DNA of 61,255 bases, taken from contig CAYRUU010000001.1 of NCBI GenBank assembly GCA_964427825.1, positions 1 through 61,255 on the forward strand. Direction: 5' to 3'. The position numbers were made by a program, and so were the translations under genes. The stretch is from an uncultured Micavibrio sp. (GTDB taxonomy: Bacteria; Patescibacteriota; Minisyncoccia; Moranbacterales; GCA-2747515). The notes under the pieces are model-generated. The model had not been told where the DNA came from, made no database searches, and saw only the letters and a program-made list of their open reading frames with translations. Position 1 is the stretch's first letter, and the number at the start of each line of letters is the position of its first letter. This document shows positions 1 through 10,078 of this stretch, piece after piece.

Positions 1-1741
1 CTGCTCCGTGAGAGAGGGTGATGTTGAGGGTGTCGTGTTCGGAGGTGGAGGGGGACACATACAGACGATTCTCCATGATACATTTATTAAAATCCACTTT
101 TGCCATTGGAATTTCAATCGACTTCCCTCTGACAAATTTCGTATAGAACGATTTTTCCTTAATCAACCCTTTGCATCCGGGCGAAAGCATGGCAAATACG
201 GTTTGATAGCTAGAATTATCATGCTTTGTAGGTGTCACACCACTCCCTTCCACAATCACTCCTATCCGATCACCTTCTTTATAGCGCCATGTAAGTGTCT
301 TAATGCCGGTTCCCATCACAAGCTGTTCATCGTTTTTAGCAAGTGGTGTCGTACGATCGGTGCGCGGATCCAAACCATAATACATCTCTTCCATTTTCAA
401 AAACGATCCATCGCCCGCGCCCTCGGGAAACGGACGGATACCTTTTGTGGCTCCTGCCATCGCCTTGGGACATGTGTTATCACGATTCATTTCTCCCGCT
501 TGACATGTGCCAGCAACAGGCACTTTTATCTCTCCTTTCTTCATATAATCATGACATCCGGCACCATAAAAATTCGGGCGTTCTTCACCGTACACCTTGC
601 CACAAATCCTTTCATATAATTCTTTTGCCGGCCACGGCTCACCATCAAAACAAAACGTCTCTTTTGCACCCGGACATCCACTTACGTTTGGGTCATTCCA
701 AATTTGCCCTGTGCGACGACTTTTCGGCACACAATACGGTTCTGGCACTGATGCCTTGAAGTCATTATAGTTATACTGCGTTGTCACAGATCCATCCGCT
801 GAAGGGCACGACAACATGCCGTTTTCGCGACACGTCGGCTTCACCCCGTAATCCATGCACCGCGCAAGATTGCGATAGCGTGCACCGCCGCCGCCACCTA
901 CTGCACCGCCGGATTCGCTGCTAGACTCTCCTCCACCTGATGAGGACGATGAGCTCAGCGCACCCTCTGCAGGTAAAACCTTTGTTGGACATGCGATTGA
1001 TCTGTCCATCATGAAGCACCGTGCAACATAATCAATCTCTTTCGTGTCATAGTGCTGACAGCCATCCAACTGATCTTCCGCTTCGGCATCCGGACGCTGA
1101 ATCTCAAAATAATCACCAGTGACAAAATCCTGCACATAGCAATAATCTGCACCCTGATTATGATTGCTCCCTCCCCCAATCGGTGCATCATAGCCATCAT
1201 CATCAGTATCCTCCGGATAGTCATCTGTAAAATCACCATTCTCATTACCGCCATTCATTTTTTGATCAAGCTCCATGGGATTGAAGTATAACTCCGCCTG
1301 TGCTCGCACGGCAAACGCATGCCATGCCGGTGACTCTCCGAAGCTTCCAATCGGCTCACCTGTGTACATACTCATACTTTTGTCCATTTTCCGATTCGGT
1401 CCTGTCAAATACCACATGTAATGCGCATCTTCCGTATTGGTAATACCCAAAACATTCGCCGTAGCGGTAATAAGTTCCCCCGGCTTTGGGTTTGGTGTAG
1501 AAAAATGAATGGATACAGTCGCCTCCTTTCCTTTATTTCTCACAACATTCATCATCTCGGTAGACGGTTGCAGTGCCTGCTCAATATTGGTTTTAAGGCT
1601 GTTTTCAATAAAACTAGAGATCATGTCTTTGCCCAAAGATGATGCGCCCATATCAAAAAGACCTGCCTGCGTCATAAACGGCATGCCTACAAGCACAATG
1701 ATTTGCGCTATGGCAATAATGCGTTGTCCAGAGCGATGCAT
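1..1741 (-). CDS. large membrane-anchored/secreted Cys-rich protein; C-terminus runs off the left window edge
   Basis: Absent from the ORF track because there is no stop inside the window. Hand translation of the minus strand from the ATG at 1741-1739 (MHRSGQRIIAIAQIIVLVGMPFMTQAG...) stays open for ~580 codons to position 2. It has an N-terminal hydrophobic anchor, a Ser/Gly tract (SSSSSGGGESSSESGGAVGGGGGA) and many Cys. Plus-strand ORFs 8-759 have antisense-type junk composition. Confidence 0.7.
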   Translation of the reverse strand, partial: MHRSGQRIIAIAQIIVLVGMPFMTQAGLFDMGASSLGKDMISSFIENSLKTNIEQALQPSTEMMNVVRNKGKEATVSIHFSTPNPKPGELITATANVLGITNTEDAHYMWYLTGPNRKMDKSMSMYTGEPIGSFGESPAWHAFAVRAQAELYFNPMELDQKMNGGNENGDFTDDYPEDTDDDGYDAPIGGGSNHNQGADYCYVQDFVTGDYFEIQRPDAEAEDQLDGCQHYDTKEIDYVARCFMMDRSIACPTKVLPAEGALSSSSSSGGGESSSESGGAVGGGGGARYRNLARCMDYGVKPTCRENGMLSCPSADGSVTTQYNYNDFKASVPEPYCVPKSRRTGQIWNDPNVSGCPGAKETFCFDGEPWPAKELYERICGKVYGEERPNFYGAGCHDYMKKGEIKVPVAGTCQAGEMNRDNTCPKAMAGATKGIRPFPEGAGDGSFLKMEEMYYGLDPRTDRTTPLAKNDEQLVMGTGIKTLTWRYKEGDRIGVIVEGSGVTPTKHDNSSYQTVFAMLSPGCKGLIKEKSFYTKFVRGKSIEIPMAKVDFNKCIMENRLYVSPSTSEHDTLNITLSHGA

Positions 1742-1743
1742 GA

Positions 1744-2385
1744 TCATACGACGCTAATGATGAGAATGGTATCCAGTGCCAGATTTACCGCAAAAACTGC
1801 CCATGCCACGTACATGGTGTGCACACGTCCGCGTGTCCACCAATAGGTGACCACAGGTGCAAAAAGTGGCAGTAGTAGAACGGGTGTGTGAAAATGGTTG
1901 AACAGTAAGATAAAAAACACCATTCCTGCCGCAATCCACGCCGCCGTACGTGAGCGCATTGTCCCATGATACACAAAACCCCATGCAAAAAACGTAAAAA
2001 TCCACAACATAAGCAATGCAAACACTACTTCAAAAAGCATAAACGCTTTGAAACTGTCTGCAATCGCTTGCGGCAGTGTTGCCTGATATGCCTCCACGCC
2101 CCAGCCCAGCTTTACAAGCACCCATCCCAAAAGAATACCCACCACTGTTGCAATGGCAAGTACAAGTCCGTCGCGCAGTGATATGGCATAAGATCCATTG
2201 CCATAGTGTGCGCGGTCTTTGTGGAGCACTACGCGCACAAAAAGCACCGGCAACAGCACCAAAAAAATCGGTACTGCCGTAAAAACTTCACTCTTGTATC
2301 GTCCAATTGGAAAGAAAAAATACAGCGCCACACAACCAAGCGCAAAAATTGTGGAAATCACTTGTGTTTTTGTTTCGTGCGTCAT
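1744..2385 (-). CDS. polytopic integral membrane protein, function unknown
   Basis: 213-aa ORF dominated by hydrophobic helices. Its stop lies 3 nt from the start of the downstream minus-strand gene, an operon-like arrangement. Confidence 0.65.
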   Translation of the reverse strand: MTHETKTQVISTIFALGCVALYFFFPIGRYKSEVFTAVPIFLVLLPVLFVRVVLHKDRAHYGNGSYAISLRDGLVLAIATVVGILLGWVLVKLGWGVEAYQATLPQAIADSFKAFMLFEVVFALLMLWIFTFFAWGFVYHGTMRSRTAAWIAAGMVFFILLFNHFHTPVLLLPLFAPVVTYWWTRGRVHTMYVAWAVFAVNLALDTILIISVV

Positions 2386-2469
2386 AAATCTTTATATCAC
2401 CATTATAGAGTATAGTATACCATATCTTTTACATATTGTGGTATAGTCACCGTTCCGCACAACGGCATT

Positions 2470-3210
2470 CTAATTTTTTCCATGCTTCTTAACAAAATCA
2501 CGGGCTTTTGCCACACGCTTTCTCTCACTCTCCTGTGCGTTATACACAATACCAAGCGAGATCGGTGCAATGTTGATGATCGGAATCATATCAATGATCA
2601 TCAAAAAAATACGCCACCACATGCGCGATCGCTGCTTCTGCACAGGTCCAACCTTCCGCAATTTCACGGTAATATACAATGACGTCAACAACGACATCCC
2701 GGGAATGGGGATAATGTCAATCAAATCGTCCAAAAAAGCAACCATGTAGAGCATTGTCCAATTCATGTTTCGGTATTTTGCAACGATCTTTTCCTGCTTG
2801 TTTAGTTCGCGCAGGATTGATGAAGATTGCTCCGCCCCCCCCTGTTGCTGCGCAATCGCGTCACGCTCATCATGAAGATCTTGTTTGATTTGTGCATCAG
2901 TGCGCGCCTGTGGTTGTGCCTGTGCTGCCACGCGACTGGCTGCAATCCCCTGCGAAACGGACTGCATATACCGCTCATGTGCCATATCCCGCTGTATTTC
3001 ATGTGCAGAAAGAGACCTTGATCGCACAGTGTCTTCTTGCGGTACCCGATCCCGATCATCCGCCTCACGCATAGTACGCTCCGCAGTAGCCTGTGCATAC
3101 CGTGCTTGTACGACGTTTTTTTGCGGATCAGTTGTATTCGTGACACGCGTATTGCGCAATGCACGCATACGTGACCGCTCCTCAGAAGTTGTCGGCTGTG
3201 CAGTTGCCAT
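2470..3210 (-). CDS. membrane protein (hydrophilic N-terminal half, C-terminal TM helices), function unknown
   Basis: 246 aa. The start codon overlaps the stop of the VirB4-like gene at 3210, consistent with translational coupling. A D-x-ID-x-IP-I motif is repeated in the hydrophobic part. Confidence 0.6.
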   Translation of the reverse strand: MATAQPTTSEERSRMRALRNTRVTNTTDPQKNVVQARYAQATAERTMREADDRDRVPQEDTVRSRSLSAHEIQRDMAHERYMQSVSQGIAASRVAAQAQPQARTDAQIKQDLHDERDAIAQQQGGAEQSSSILRELNKQEKIVAKYRNMNWTMLYMVAFLDDLIDIIPIPGMSLLTSLYITVKLRKVGPVQKQRSRMWWRIFLMIIDMIPIINIAPISLGIVYNAQESERKRVAKARDFVKKHGKN

Positions 3211-5060
3211 TATGCCATGCTTTCATCATTTTGCTCGTCAATTTCCTCTTTTGCTCGCTGGATCTCCTCCAATTGACGCGGATCGGATGTAATGATCTGA
3301 TCTTCACTGTATGACGCAATCACTTTGATCGCCGCATGTTTCGGACCAGCAAAGAGAATCCCTTCACCCACATTACTCTCCAAAAGCAGGAATTTCTCAT
3401 GATCCGTCAAAAAAAACGTCTCTGCAATCACATCCACCGACGCCGGCGATTGACGCAAGAGGAGTTGTAATGATGAGTTTGTCACGATTGGCTTGCCGTA
3501 GCGACTCATCATAAAGTCACTCACATCCTGCGTGATCGTCGTCAGTCCCGTATAGTATTTGCGACAGCGTTTGGCAATACCAAACATGAATGCCGCCGCG
3601 TCTTCATTTTGCATCATCACCCACGCTTCGTCCACCGCTACGATGCGTCGTGTCATATTGGTCCGCATCTCATTCCAGATAAACTGCAAGACGATATACA
3701 TGGCAATCGGGCGCAGTTCATCCTCCAAATCACGAATATTAAACACCACCATCTGATTACCGATCTCAATATTGGTCGGTTCATTCAAAAATCCCGAAAA
3801 AATACCCTCCGTATATTTGGACAAACGCTTCGCAAGTGAATCACCGCCATCCATACTGCGCAACACCTCATACAAATCCGACATTGTCGGATAACCGGCA
3901 TGTGGAATATTGCCAAAACGGCTCTTTTCCGAAATATCACGCACCGCATACGCCTCACGGATAGCGCGCTCCAGCACCGTATCTTCCTCCGGTGTTACAC
4001 TGCCCAGCATAATATGCAAAAGTCCAATCAAGCTCGCCACCGCATTGCGAAACACATCTTCCGGACGCTCGTCTTTCGGCACCTGTGGCAACTCAAAGGG
4101 GTTGATGTGCGCACTTGATCCCAGGGAAATGTGAATATACGACCCACCCACCGTTTGACACAGGTGCTTATATTCACTCTCCGGATCAATCACAATCACA
4201 TTGATTCCCATCATCAGCGACCGCAGTAGTTCCAGTTTGACAAAATAACTCTTACCACCACCAGACTTGGCAAAAACCACCATGTTGGCATTCTCCATCT
4301 GAAACCGATCAAAGAGAATTAGGCTGTTGTTGTGGCGATTGATGCCATACAAAATACCTTGATTGGATGATAGGTCCGCCGACACAAAAGGAAACGTTGT
4401 GGACAGTGGCGATGTGTTGAGGTTATTACCCACGTTCAGCATATCATCACCCAGCGGAATGGTTGACTGAAATCCGTGCTCCATGCGCAAAACAGCAGAT
4501 TTAGTATACACCAACTGCGCCTCCAAAATAGCCTCAATTTCATTTTTGCGTCTCTGCAACACGGTTTTTTTGTCGGCATAGATCGTCATATACAACCCAA
4601 AGCGGAAGAAGCGCTCTGTCCCCTGCTGCAAACTCACGCGCAAGCTTTCAATGTTCTGCACCGCCGTCTCCAACATCGGATCACTCACTTTTCCGGATTC
4701 CGCCTCAATATTGATCTGCGAATACACGCGTGCGGCGCTCTTTTTCAAGTTTTTCAACACTTCGCGTGTGTCCGCCGGATGAATAAACATCCCCACATCC
4801 ATGGGAAAATCAATATTGATGATCGGCGAAAACCAATTGTCACTCAAAAAACGCGGATAGGCAACTGTAAAAATGGTCGTAGCAAGCACCTCACCGACCT
4901 GAATATGGTCTGGTTGAATTTGCAACGCGCTCGGTGCAATCAATCCGCGCACCGTTGCCACGCCTTTCTGATAAAATTCCTCGTTGTCAAGAATTTCATT
5001 GCGCGGCTTTGCGGGTTTTTTTTGTGGCGCGGATTGTGCGTCTTTCTTCCTCAAAAACAT
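3210..5060 (-). CDS. virB4: VirB4/TrbE/ConE-family type IV secretion ATPase (central + ATPase domains)
   Basis: 616 aa with Walker A (FAKSGGGKS) and Walker B (RRIVAVDEAW). The length and layout are typical of Gram-positive-type VirB4. Confidence 0.85.
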   Translation of the reverse strand: MFLRKKDAQSAPQKKPAKPRNEILDNEEFYQKGVATVRGLIAPSALQIQPDHIQVGEVLATTIFTVAYPRFLSDNWFSPIINIDFPMDVGMFIHPADTREVLKNLKKSAARVYSQINIEAESGKVSDPMLETAVQNIESLRVSLQQGTERFFRFGLYMTIYADKKTVLQRRKNEIEAILEAQLVYTKSAVLRMEHGFQSTIPLGDDMLNVGNNLNTSPLSTTFPFVSADLSSNQGILYGINRHNNSLILFDRFQMENANMVVFAKSGGGKSYFVKLELLRSLMMGINVIVIDPESEYKHLCQTVGGSYIHISLGSSAHINPFELPQVPKDERPEDVFRNAVASLIGLLHIMLGSVTPEEDTVLERAIREAYAVRDISEKSRFGNIPHAGYPTMSDLYEVLRSMDGGDSLAKRLSKYTEGIFSGFLNEPTNIEIGNQMVVFNIRDLEDELRPIAMYIVLQFIWNEMRTNMTRRIVAVDEAWVMMQNEDAAAFMFGIAKRCRKYYTGLTTITQDVSDFMMSRYGKPIVTNSSLQLLLRQSPASVDVIAETFFLTDHEKFLLLESNVGEGILFAGPKHAAIKVIASYSEDQIITSDPRQLEEIQRAKEEIDEQNDESMA

Positions 5061-5097
5061 AGATGTGTTCCGATTTAGCGATTATAGATCCCCTTTT

Positions 5098-5796
5098 CTA
5101 TCGCAGACCCTCCACTTCTGACTGCTCAATATTCTTAATTGACGACTGTGCAAATTCCGACGGATTATACATACCATAATACAATTCAATCAATTCGTCC
5201 GTGTTGAGTGTGGTGAAACTCAGTCCCGTGCCACCAAGTGCCGCCGACACATGATCCACGCGCTGCCACAGTTGGTTTTTATATGTCTCAAAAAGCGCCT
5301 CACTCTCCACAATTCTGTCTGCCGGCTGGATGAGATTGGACACCTTACCAAGCATGCCCTGATGTGTATCCTCCACAGGTGCGAATGGGATCACGATGTA
5401 GAAAAACTTACTCATGATATTGGTCACCTCCGTCAAATTCTTGATGAAATCTTGATACTCCATGATCTGCAGCTTCAGCAGTTCATTGCGTTGCGCTCGC
5501 GCCCTTTCGCGCAATAGTTCAATATACGGCTGTACGTTCAATTTGCGCGAACTGATCACGATTTGGATCTGAAAATCCAAGGAATTGAGGAAGTTTTGAT
5601 AGGCACCAATAATCGCCCGCTGCTCATCAGAAGACTTCAAATCAAAGTTCACTGTGGATACCAAAAGCACAGCGCGCAATGTGCCGTTTTTAAGTACCAC
5701 CACGCCATCTTTGATGGTTCGGATATCCACGTACTTCAACGTGCTACTGCCTGTTGATGATTCTTTCGGTTTTTTGGATGATGAAAAAAAACTCAT
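5098..5796 (-). CDS. VirB4 N-terminal-domain-like protein encoded as a separate ORF
   Basis: 232 aa. The segment KYVDIRTIKDGVVVLKNGTLRAVLLVSTVNFDLKSSDEQRAIIGAYQNFLNSLDFQIQIVI resembles the N-terminal region of Gram-positive VirB4/TraE proteins. It sits 37 nt upstream of the ATPase ORF, in a different frame. Confidence 0.55.
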   Translation of the reverse strand: MSFFSSSKKPKESSTGSSTLKYVDIRTIKDGVVVLKNGTLRAVLLVSTVNFDLKSSDEQRAIIGAYQNFLNSLDFQIQIVISSRKLNVQPYIELLRERARAQRNELLKLQIMEYQDFIKNLTEVTNIMSKFFYIVIPFAPVEDTHQGMLGKVSNLIQPADRIVESEALFETYKNQLWQRVDHVSAALGGTGLSFTTLNTDELIELYYGMYNPSEFAQSSIKNIEQSEVEGLR

Positions 5797-5799
5797 AGA

Positions 5800-6246
5800 T
5801 TATTTTTGTTTTGCACGTTCACGAATAATTTTTTGGATACGCTCACTGCGATCTACACCGCGCGTGTCCAGTGTTGATGCCAGAGCGGCAACATCCTCTG
5901 TAGACAATTGGCGCTCCTCCTTCTTTTGTAGGCGCTGTTTTTGCTCATCCGTCTTTTTTGGCGGTTTCACCACTTCGTTTTGCCATGTATATACCTTTGG
6001 ACGAAAGAGATATGTAAATCCATAGCCGATGAATGTGATGAGAGCTACACCATTTGGGCGATAAAATGCCAACAGGAACGTCACAATCACTATTGGTACG
6101 GCAGCCAAATAGAATGTCGTTTTGTCTACAAGGTTCCACAGTGCCGCCAAAATCGTGCCGCCGGCAAAAAACCACCCGATATGCTTCCACGTAAACGGTC
6201 CGGCAATTTTATCTTCCACATCAATGTACTGTGGTACAATTTGCAT
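5800..6246 (-). CDS. PrgI/VirB3-like small T4SS membrane protein
   Basis: 148 aa. The N-terminus VPQYIDVEDKIAGPFTWKHIGWFFAGG followed by two hydrophobic helices resembles PrgI-family proteins. It ends 3 nt from the next gene of the block. Confidence 0.6.
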   Translation of the reverse strand: MQIVPQYIDVEDKIAGPFTWKHIGWFFAGGTILAALWNLVDKTTFYLAAVPIVIVTFLLAFYRPNGVALITFIGYGFTYLFRPKVYTWQNEVVKPPKKTDEQKQRLQKKEERQLSTEDVAALASTLDTRGVDRSERIQKIIRERAKQK

Positions 6247-6517
6247 AAACGTTTTTGTTTTATCAGCCTCGTATGTATTTTATCACCAATTGGCAAAAAA
6301 ACAAAACAGTACTGTGATGTGCTTGTGCCATTTTTCGTATTTTATAAAAATGTGTCGGTCTAGATAGCAACACTGTCACCCTGAACTTTTTTTGGGATCT
6401 ATACATTTGTCACCTTGAACAAAACATTTTCATTCCAGGATTGACGCGGGATTTATTAACTTTATCATCCCAGGCAATACACCGTCACTATGCGCGCAAA
6501 AAGATTACCCTTTACAT

Positions 6518-7927
6518 TCAATTTTCCGCACGCGGTGAAAGATATTTCTTTGTTGATTGCAGTGTATGATGCTTTTTGCGCTCAATTGGCAAATTGTGAT
6601 TGGAGCTGAAAGAAATAACCCCATGTACCGATGATGCTTGCACAGCGGGCAAATTGTCCGGCGACTGTACTACTGGCGTCATTGTGCCATAACCGCTCTG
6701 CAAACCAATCGTACGTGGTGCTTCCACACTTTTGTGTTGCGGCGCAGCAACGCGCTGTTGTTTTTGTGTTCCGATGCCAATAGTGTTGCTCTGTGTGACT
6801 TTTTTTGGCATTGACTGCGTTTGTGATGGGCGCTTTTGGGACTCCAGAAGACCCTGTGGTGATCTATGCGTAGATGACGTGCTAGGCACACCCCCCTGCG
6901 GTCGCATCATTGGTGTTTGTCCCCATGTTGGTTGCGCTTCTGCTGGTTTCTGTATCTGTTGCGTCTGCGCCTGTGGCTGTGTCGCCTGTTGTAGTGGCTG
7001 TGGCGGTTTTTGCACATACATGCTCCGCTGCTGTGGCACAAATCCCCCCGATGACCGCACGCTCTGCACGGCATTGCGGATCGTATAATGCGCCGTATCG
7101 GTTGGAAAATACTCATTGCGACGCACCACACCCTCGCGACTCTGCATCCTATCTCGCACATCTTCCTCCTTCTGTGGTGCCACCACATGTGAATCATCAT
7201 CCATTGTCTGCGGCTGTGCATCAAAAACAATCATACGCTGATCACGATCAATGGTCAGTGGCACACCCTCATCGCGTGACTTGAGCATCATCGCCAACTT
7301 TTGCCGATCATCCTGCGACAATCCCCGCGTCGGCTCCGCGCGAAACACAAATTCCCCACGTTCAATCGCCGTGTGCTTACTTGCGCCCAACACCCTCTCA
7401 TACACCATAATCCAATTTTTCACACTTGGCCTCAGTGGTTGTGGCAACGATCGCATGAAAATCTGCACGCCCGTCACCGTTTGATCCTTGATCGCGGGGT
7501 ATTGACGGAGTGCCTGCTCCAAAGGTAGTGGCACCAGATGGCGTTGCGGTTGTTGTGGTTCACTTTCCTCTTCCTCATCGCGCTGTGGTACAGGTGTGAT
7601 GTTTACTATTTCTCGCAACATACGCAATCCCTCCTGCGGCGGAATCCCACACACTTGCGCAATATGCTGCACAAACGCATCCTCCGACACTTCGCGGAAA
7701 AAATATCTACGCACACTGCGGGACAATTCCTCCGTCTGCGCGTCATTGAGGTGGTATTTTTGCTCAATAGCAAAGATGTATCGCGCAATTTCTCGCGACT
7801 TAAGAATATCCTGTACCTTTTCTGGCAGTGCGTGAAAGTATTCCCATAGACGGATGTTTTCATTAGTAAAAAAATCCTTTCGTGAAAAACCCGCCATCAT
7901 TGGTAGATATTTTTGATCATCCTCCAT
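6518..7927 (-). CDS. hypothetical protein with a Pro/Gln-rich, probably disordered C-terminal half
   Basis: 469-aa ORF between the VirB6-like and PrgI-like genes. No recognisable catalytic motif. Confidence 0.6.
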   Translation of the reverse strand: MEDDQKYLPMMAGFSRKDFFTNENIRLWEYFHALPEKVQDILKSREIARYIFAIEQKYHLNDAQTEELSRSVRRYFFREVSEDAFVQHIAQVCGIPPQEGLRMLREIVNITPVPQRDEEEESEPQQPQRHLVPLPLEQALRQYPAIKDQTVTGVQIFMRSLPQPLRPSVKNWIMVYERVLGASKHTAIERGEFVFRAEPTRGLSQDDRQKLAMMLKSRDEGVPLTIDRDQRMIVFDAQPQTMDDDSHVVAPQKEEDVRDRMQSREGVVRRNEYFPTDTAHYTIRNAVQSVRSSGGFVPQQRSMYVQKPPQPLQQATQPQAQTQQIQKPAEAQPTWGQTPMMRPQGGVPSTSSTHRSPQGLLESQKRPSQTQSMPKKVTQSNTIGIGTQKQQRVAAPQHKSVEAPRTIGLQSGYGTMTPVVQSPDNLPAVQASSVHGVISFSSNHNLPIERKKHHTLQSTKKYLSPRAEN

Positions 7928-7964
7928 ATACCCCTCTCATAATAATAAATCAGTGTAATAAAAT

Positions 7965-9986
7965 CTACGGCGCAACACCCATGGGATTTGGTGAGGTATA
8001 CCGCATTTCAGCTTCAGCAAAAGCCTGTCTCTGCTCATTTGATTGTGCATCAAGAAATATCTGCTGACCACGTGCAGTGAGTTGACCATGTCTACTTGAC
8101 ATGGCAACGTAGGATGCTTGTTGCCTATTATATTCATCAGATTCCACAGCCGCCCTCGTATCACGATATGCTGCTGCTGCACGTTGCTTTGCTAGCACTT
8201 CCGCATTCATACCACCAAACACATTCTTCGCCATGTCATTGATTTCATTTTGTGATAGCGGTACAAAAGTACTCCCACCACCTGCCGCAACCCTTTGACG
8301 TCTTGCCTCTTCACGAGAAATATCCATTTCCACAACCTTGTGTCCATAACCACTGTTACGCATCTTCTTCTTTACAGCCTTTTGCGTTTCAGTATCAAGT
8401 TTATCAAATGTCTTGATGAGTTCATCAACCTCCTCATTTAACAAGTCTACTTTCTTTTCCGAGAGAACTTGTGCTTTTGCTTCATCTTCAACATCCGTTG
8501 CCGTATTAAGTGGTGCTTCCCGCATCTTCTTTTTTTCTTCCTCTATACGCCTACCCTTACTACGTGCCAACGCATCCTCATCCCCACCCCATCCCGTAAT
8601 TTTTCCAGCAGCCCTTGCTAATCTACCGGAATCCGGCTTCTGACCAATACTAGTCCCAAACTGCTGTACACCACTGCTAAATTTATCTTTTGTCGCCGCA
8701 AATCTCTTCCTTCTCTCATCTTCAGCATTTTTAAAGCGCTGTCCAACACCGCTCACAATACCTGTTGCGGCAGCAATGGGTCTATCAATGCGTGTAACCG
8801 ATGCGGCACCCTTACTCATACCAAGCGCCGCACTCTTACCAAACCCCTGTAACCGCCCCCTCGCTTTTGTTGCCATACCCAAAACCGCACTAGACGCCCC
8901 ATCCCCCATAGCACCCACTGTCATAATGCCCGTCCACAAAATAATCAACGACACCACATAAGTCAACACATTCGGAACCACACCATTCTTGTTCGCTGCC
9001 TCCATAGCCCCCTTAAAATACCCATCGCCCATGCCCTGCAAAATACTCACGGAAAGAACAAGGACAAACAGTAAAATCGGTCCTGTGGATAAGTATTTAA
9101 TAAACTGATTCCACCACTTATTTGCATAGGAGCTTGTCATGGGAAATGCCGCCATTGTAAACCCTGCCGATGCAAAAACCAAAAGCAATGCCAAAGCAAC
9201 AACACGAATCACAAGCAAGAGTGCAACTGCCATCACCACAATCAAGAAGAGGAGACCGATAATGATCCCCATAAAAATATTTGTCCATGAATCCGGTGCC
9301 CCCGCTGAATTTACATCCTTTCCAACAAGAATATTTGCAAATCCCGTACCACTACCAATCGTACTCATCAATGCACTTCCCGATCGTATATCACCACCTC
9401 CAACACCACCTGCGTCCATGATCCACATCATAGTCACATTGGACACATCGATCAACACCCGTGCAATCGGCCACGAAAAATTCACCAAAAGCGCCATCAC
9501 CACAATCATCACCCACGTATTGCGAATATGATAGCGTGAAATCTGAAAGACAGTGCAAAACGCCGAATAGAGAAGGAAAAAAATAAAGAACATATTAAGA
9601 AAATCCCGCACCGTCTTCCACCCCATATACACACCGGGATTATTCCGAATTAAGTCCATAAATGTCGGCTTCAAGGACCAATCAATCAAACCCACCGCCA
9701 ATGCAATAAGATTAGCAATGAGTTGTACGAAGCCGAAAAATAACTCCTTTAACATATTACCAAAATCTGGTAAGGGGTTTAGTTTGGATAAATTTCCCAG
9801 ATCAGGTTTTCCTGTGTCGGGTATCGTATATAAGCCACCAGGTTGTGTGAAACCCTGAAATTGTCCCATATTCGACCCCGTAGATCCCTGAGACCATACT
9901 ACTTCAGTAAAAGATAAATGAGTAGTAATAGTTAATAAAAAAAATAATATATATATATATATTTTATTTTTATAAATAGGACTCAT
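7965..9986 (-). CDS. TrbL/VirB6-like polytopic membrane protein with a charged coiled-coil C-terminal tail
   Basis: 673 aa with a signal-like N-terminus, at least 6 long hydrophobic helices in the first 400 aa, then a Lys/Glu/Ala-rich tail. Its position next to VirB4/PrgI supports the call. Confidence 0.55.
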   Translation of the reverse strand: MSPIYKNKIYIYILFFLLTITTHLSFTEVVWSQGSTGSNMGQFQGFTQPGGLYTIPDTGKPDLGNLSKLNPLPDFGNMLKELFFGFVQLIANLIALAVGLIDWSLKPTFMDLIRNNPGVYMGWKTVRDFLNMFFIFFLLYSAFCTVFQISRYHIRNTWVMIVVMALLVNFSWPIARVLIDVSNVTMMWIMDAGGVGGGDIRSGSALMSTIGSGTGFANILVGKDVNSAGAPDSWTNIFMGIIIGLLFLIVVMAVALLLVIRVVALALLLVFASAGFTMAAFPMTSSYANKWWNQFIKYLSTGPILLFVLVLSVSILQGMGDGYFKGAMEAANKNGVVPNVLTYVVSLIILWTGIMTVGAMGDGASSAVLGMATKARGRLQGFGKSAALGMSKGAASVTRIDRPIAAATGIVSGVGQRFKNAEDERRKRFAATKDKFSSGVQQFGTSIGQKPDSGRLARAAGKITGWGGDEDALARSKGRRIEEEKKKMREAPLNTATDVEDEAKAQVLSEKKVDLLNEEVDELIKTFDKLDTETQKAVKKKMRNSGYGHKVVEMDISREEARRQRVAAGGGSTFVPLSQNEINDMAKNVFGGMNAEVLAKQRAAAAYRDTRAAVESDEYNRQQASYVAMSSRHGQLTARGQQIFLDAQSNEQRQAFAEAEMRYTSPNPMGVAP

Positions 9987-10078
9987 ACTTTTACAATCAA
10001 CTCAATATCTAATATATAAAATATAATAACATAAAAACCCCAATATTAGAAATATCAGGGTTTATAATATAGCTATCC

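Noticed and set aside
8-1757. Plus-strand ORFs 8-619, 343-759, 1052-1291, 1421-1642 and 1509-1757
   Set aside because: They have Cys/His/Phe-rich junk composition. They are antisense to an uninterrupted ~580-codon minus-strand ORF with a proper signal anchor.
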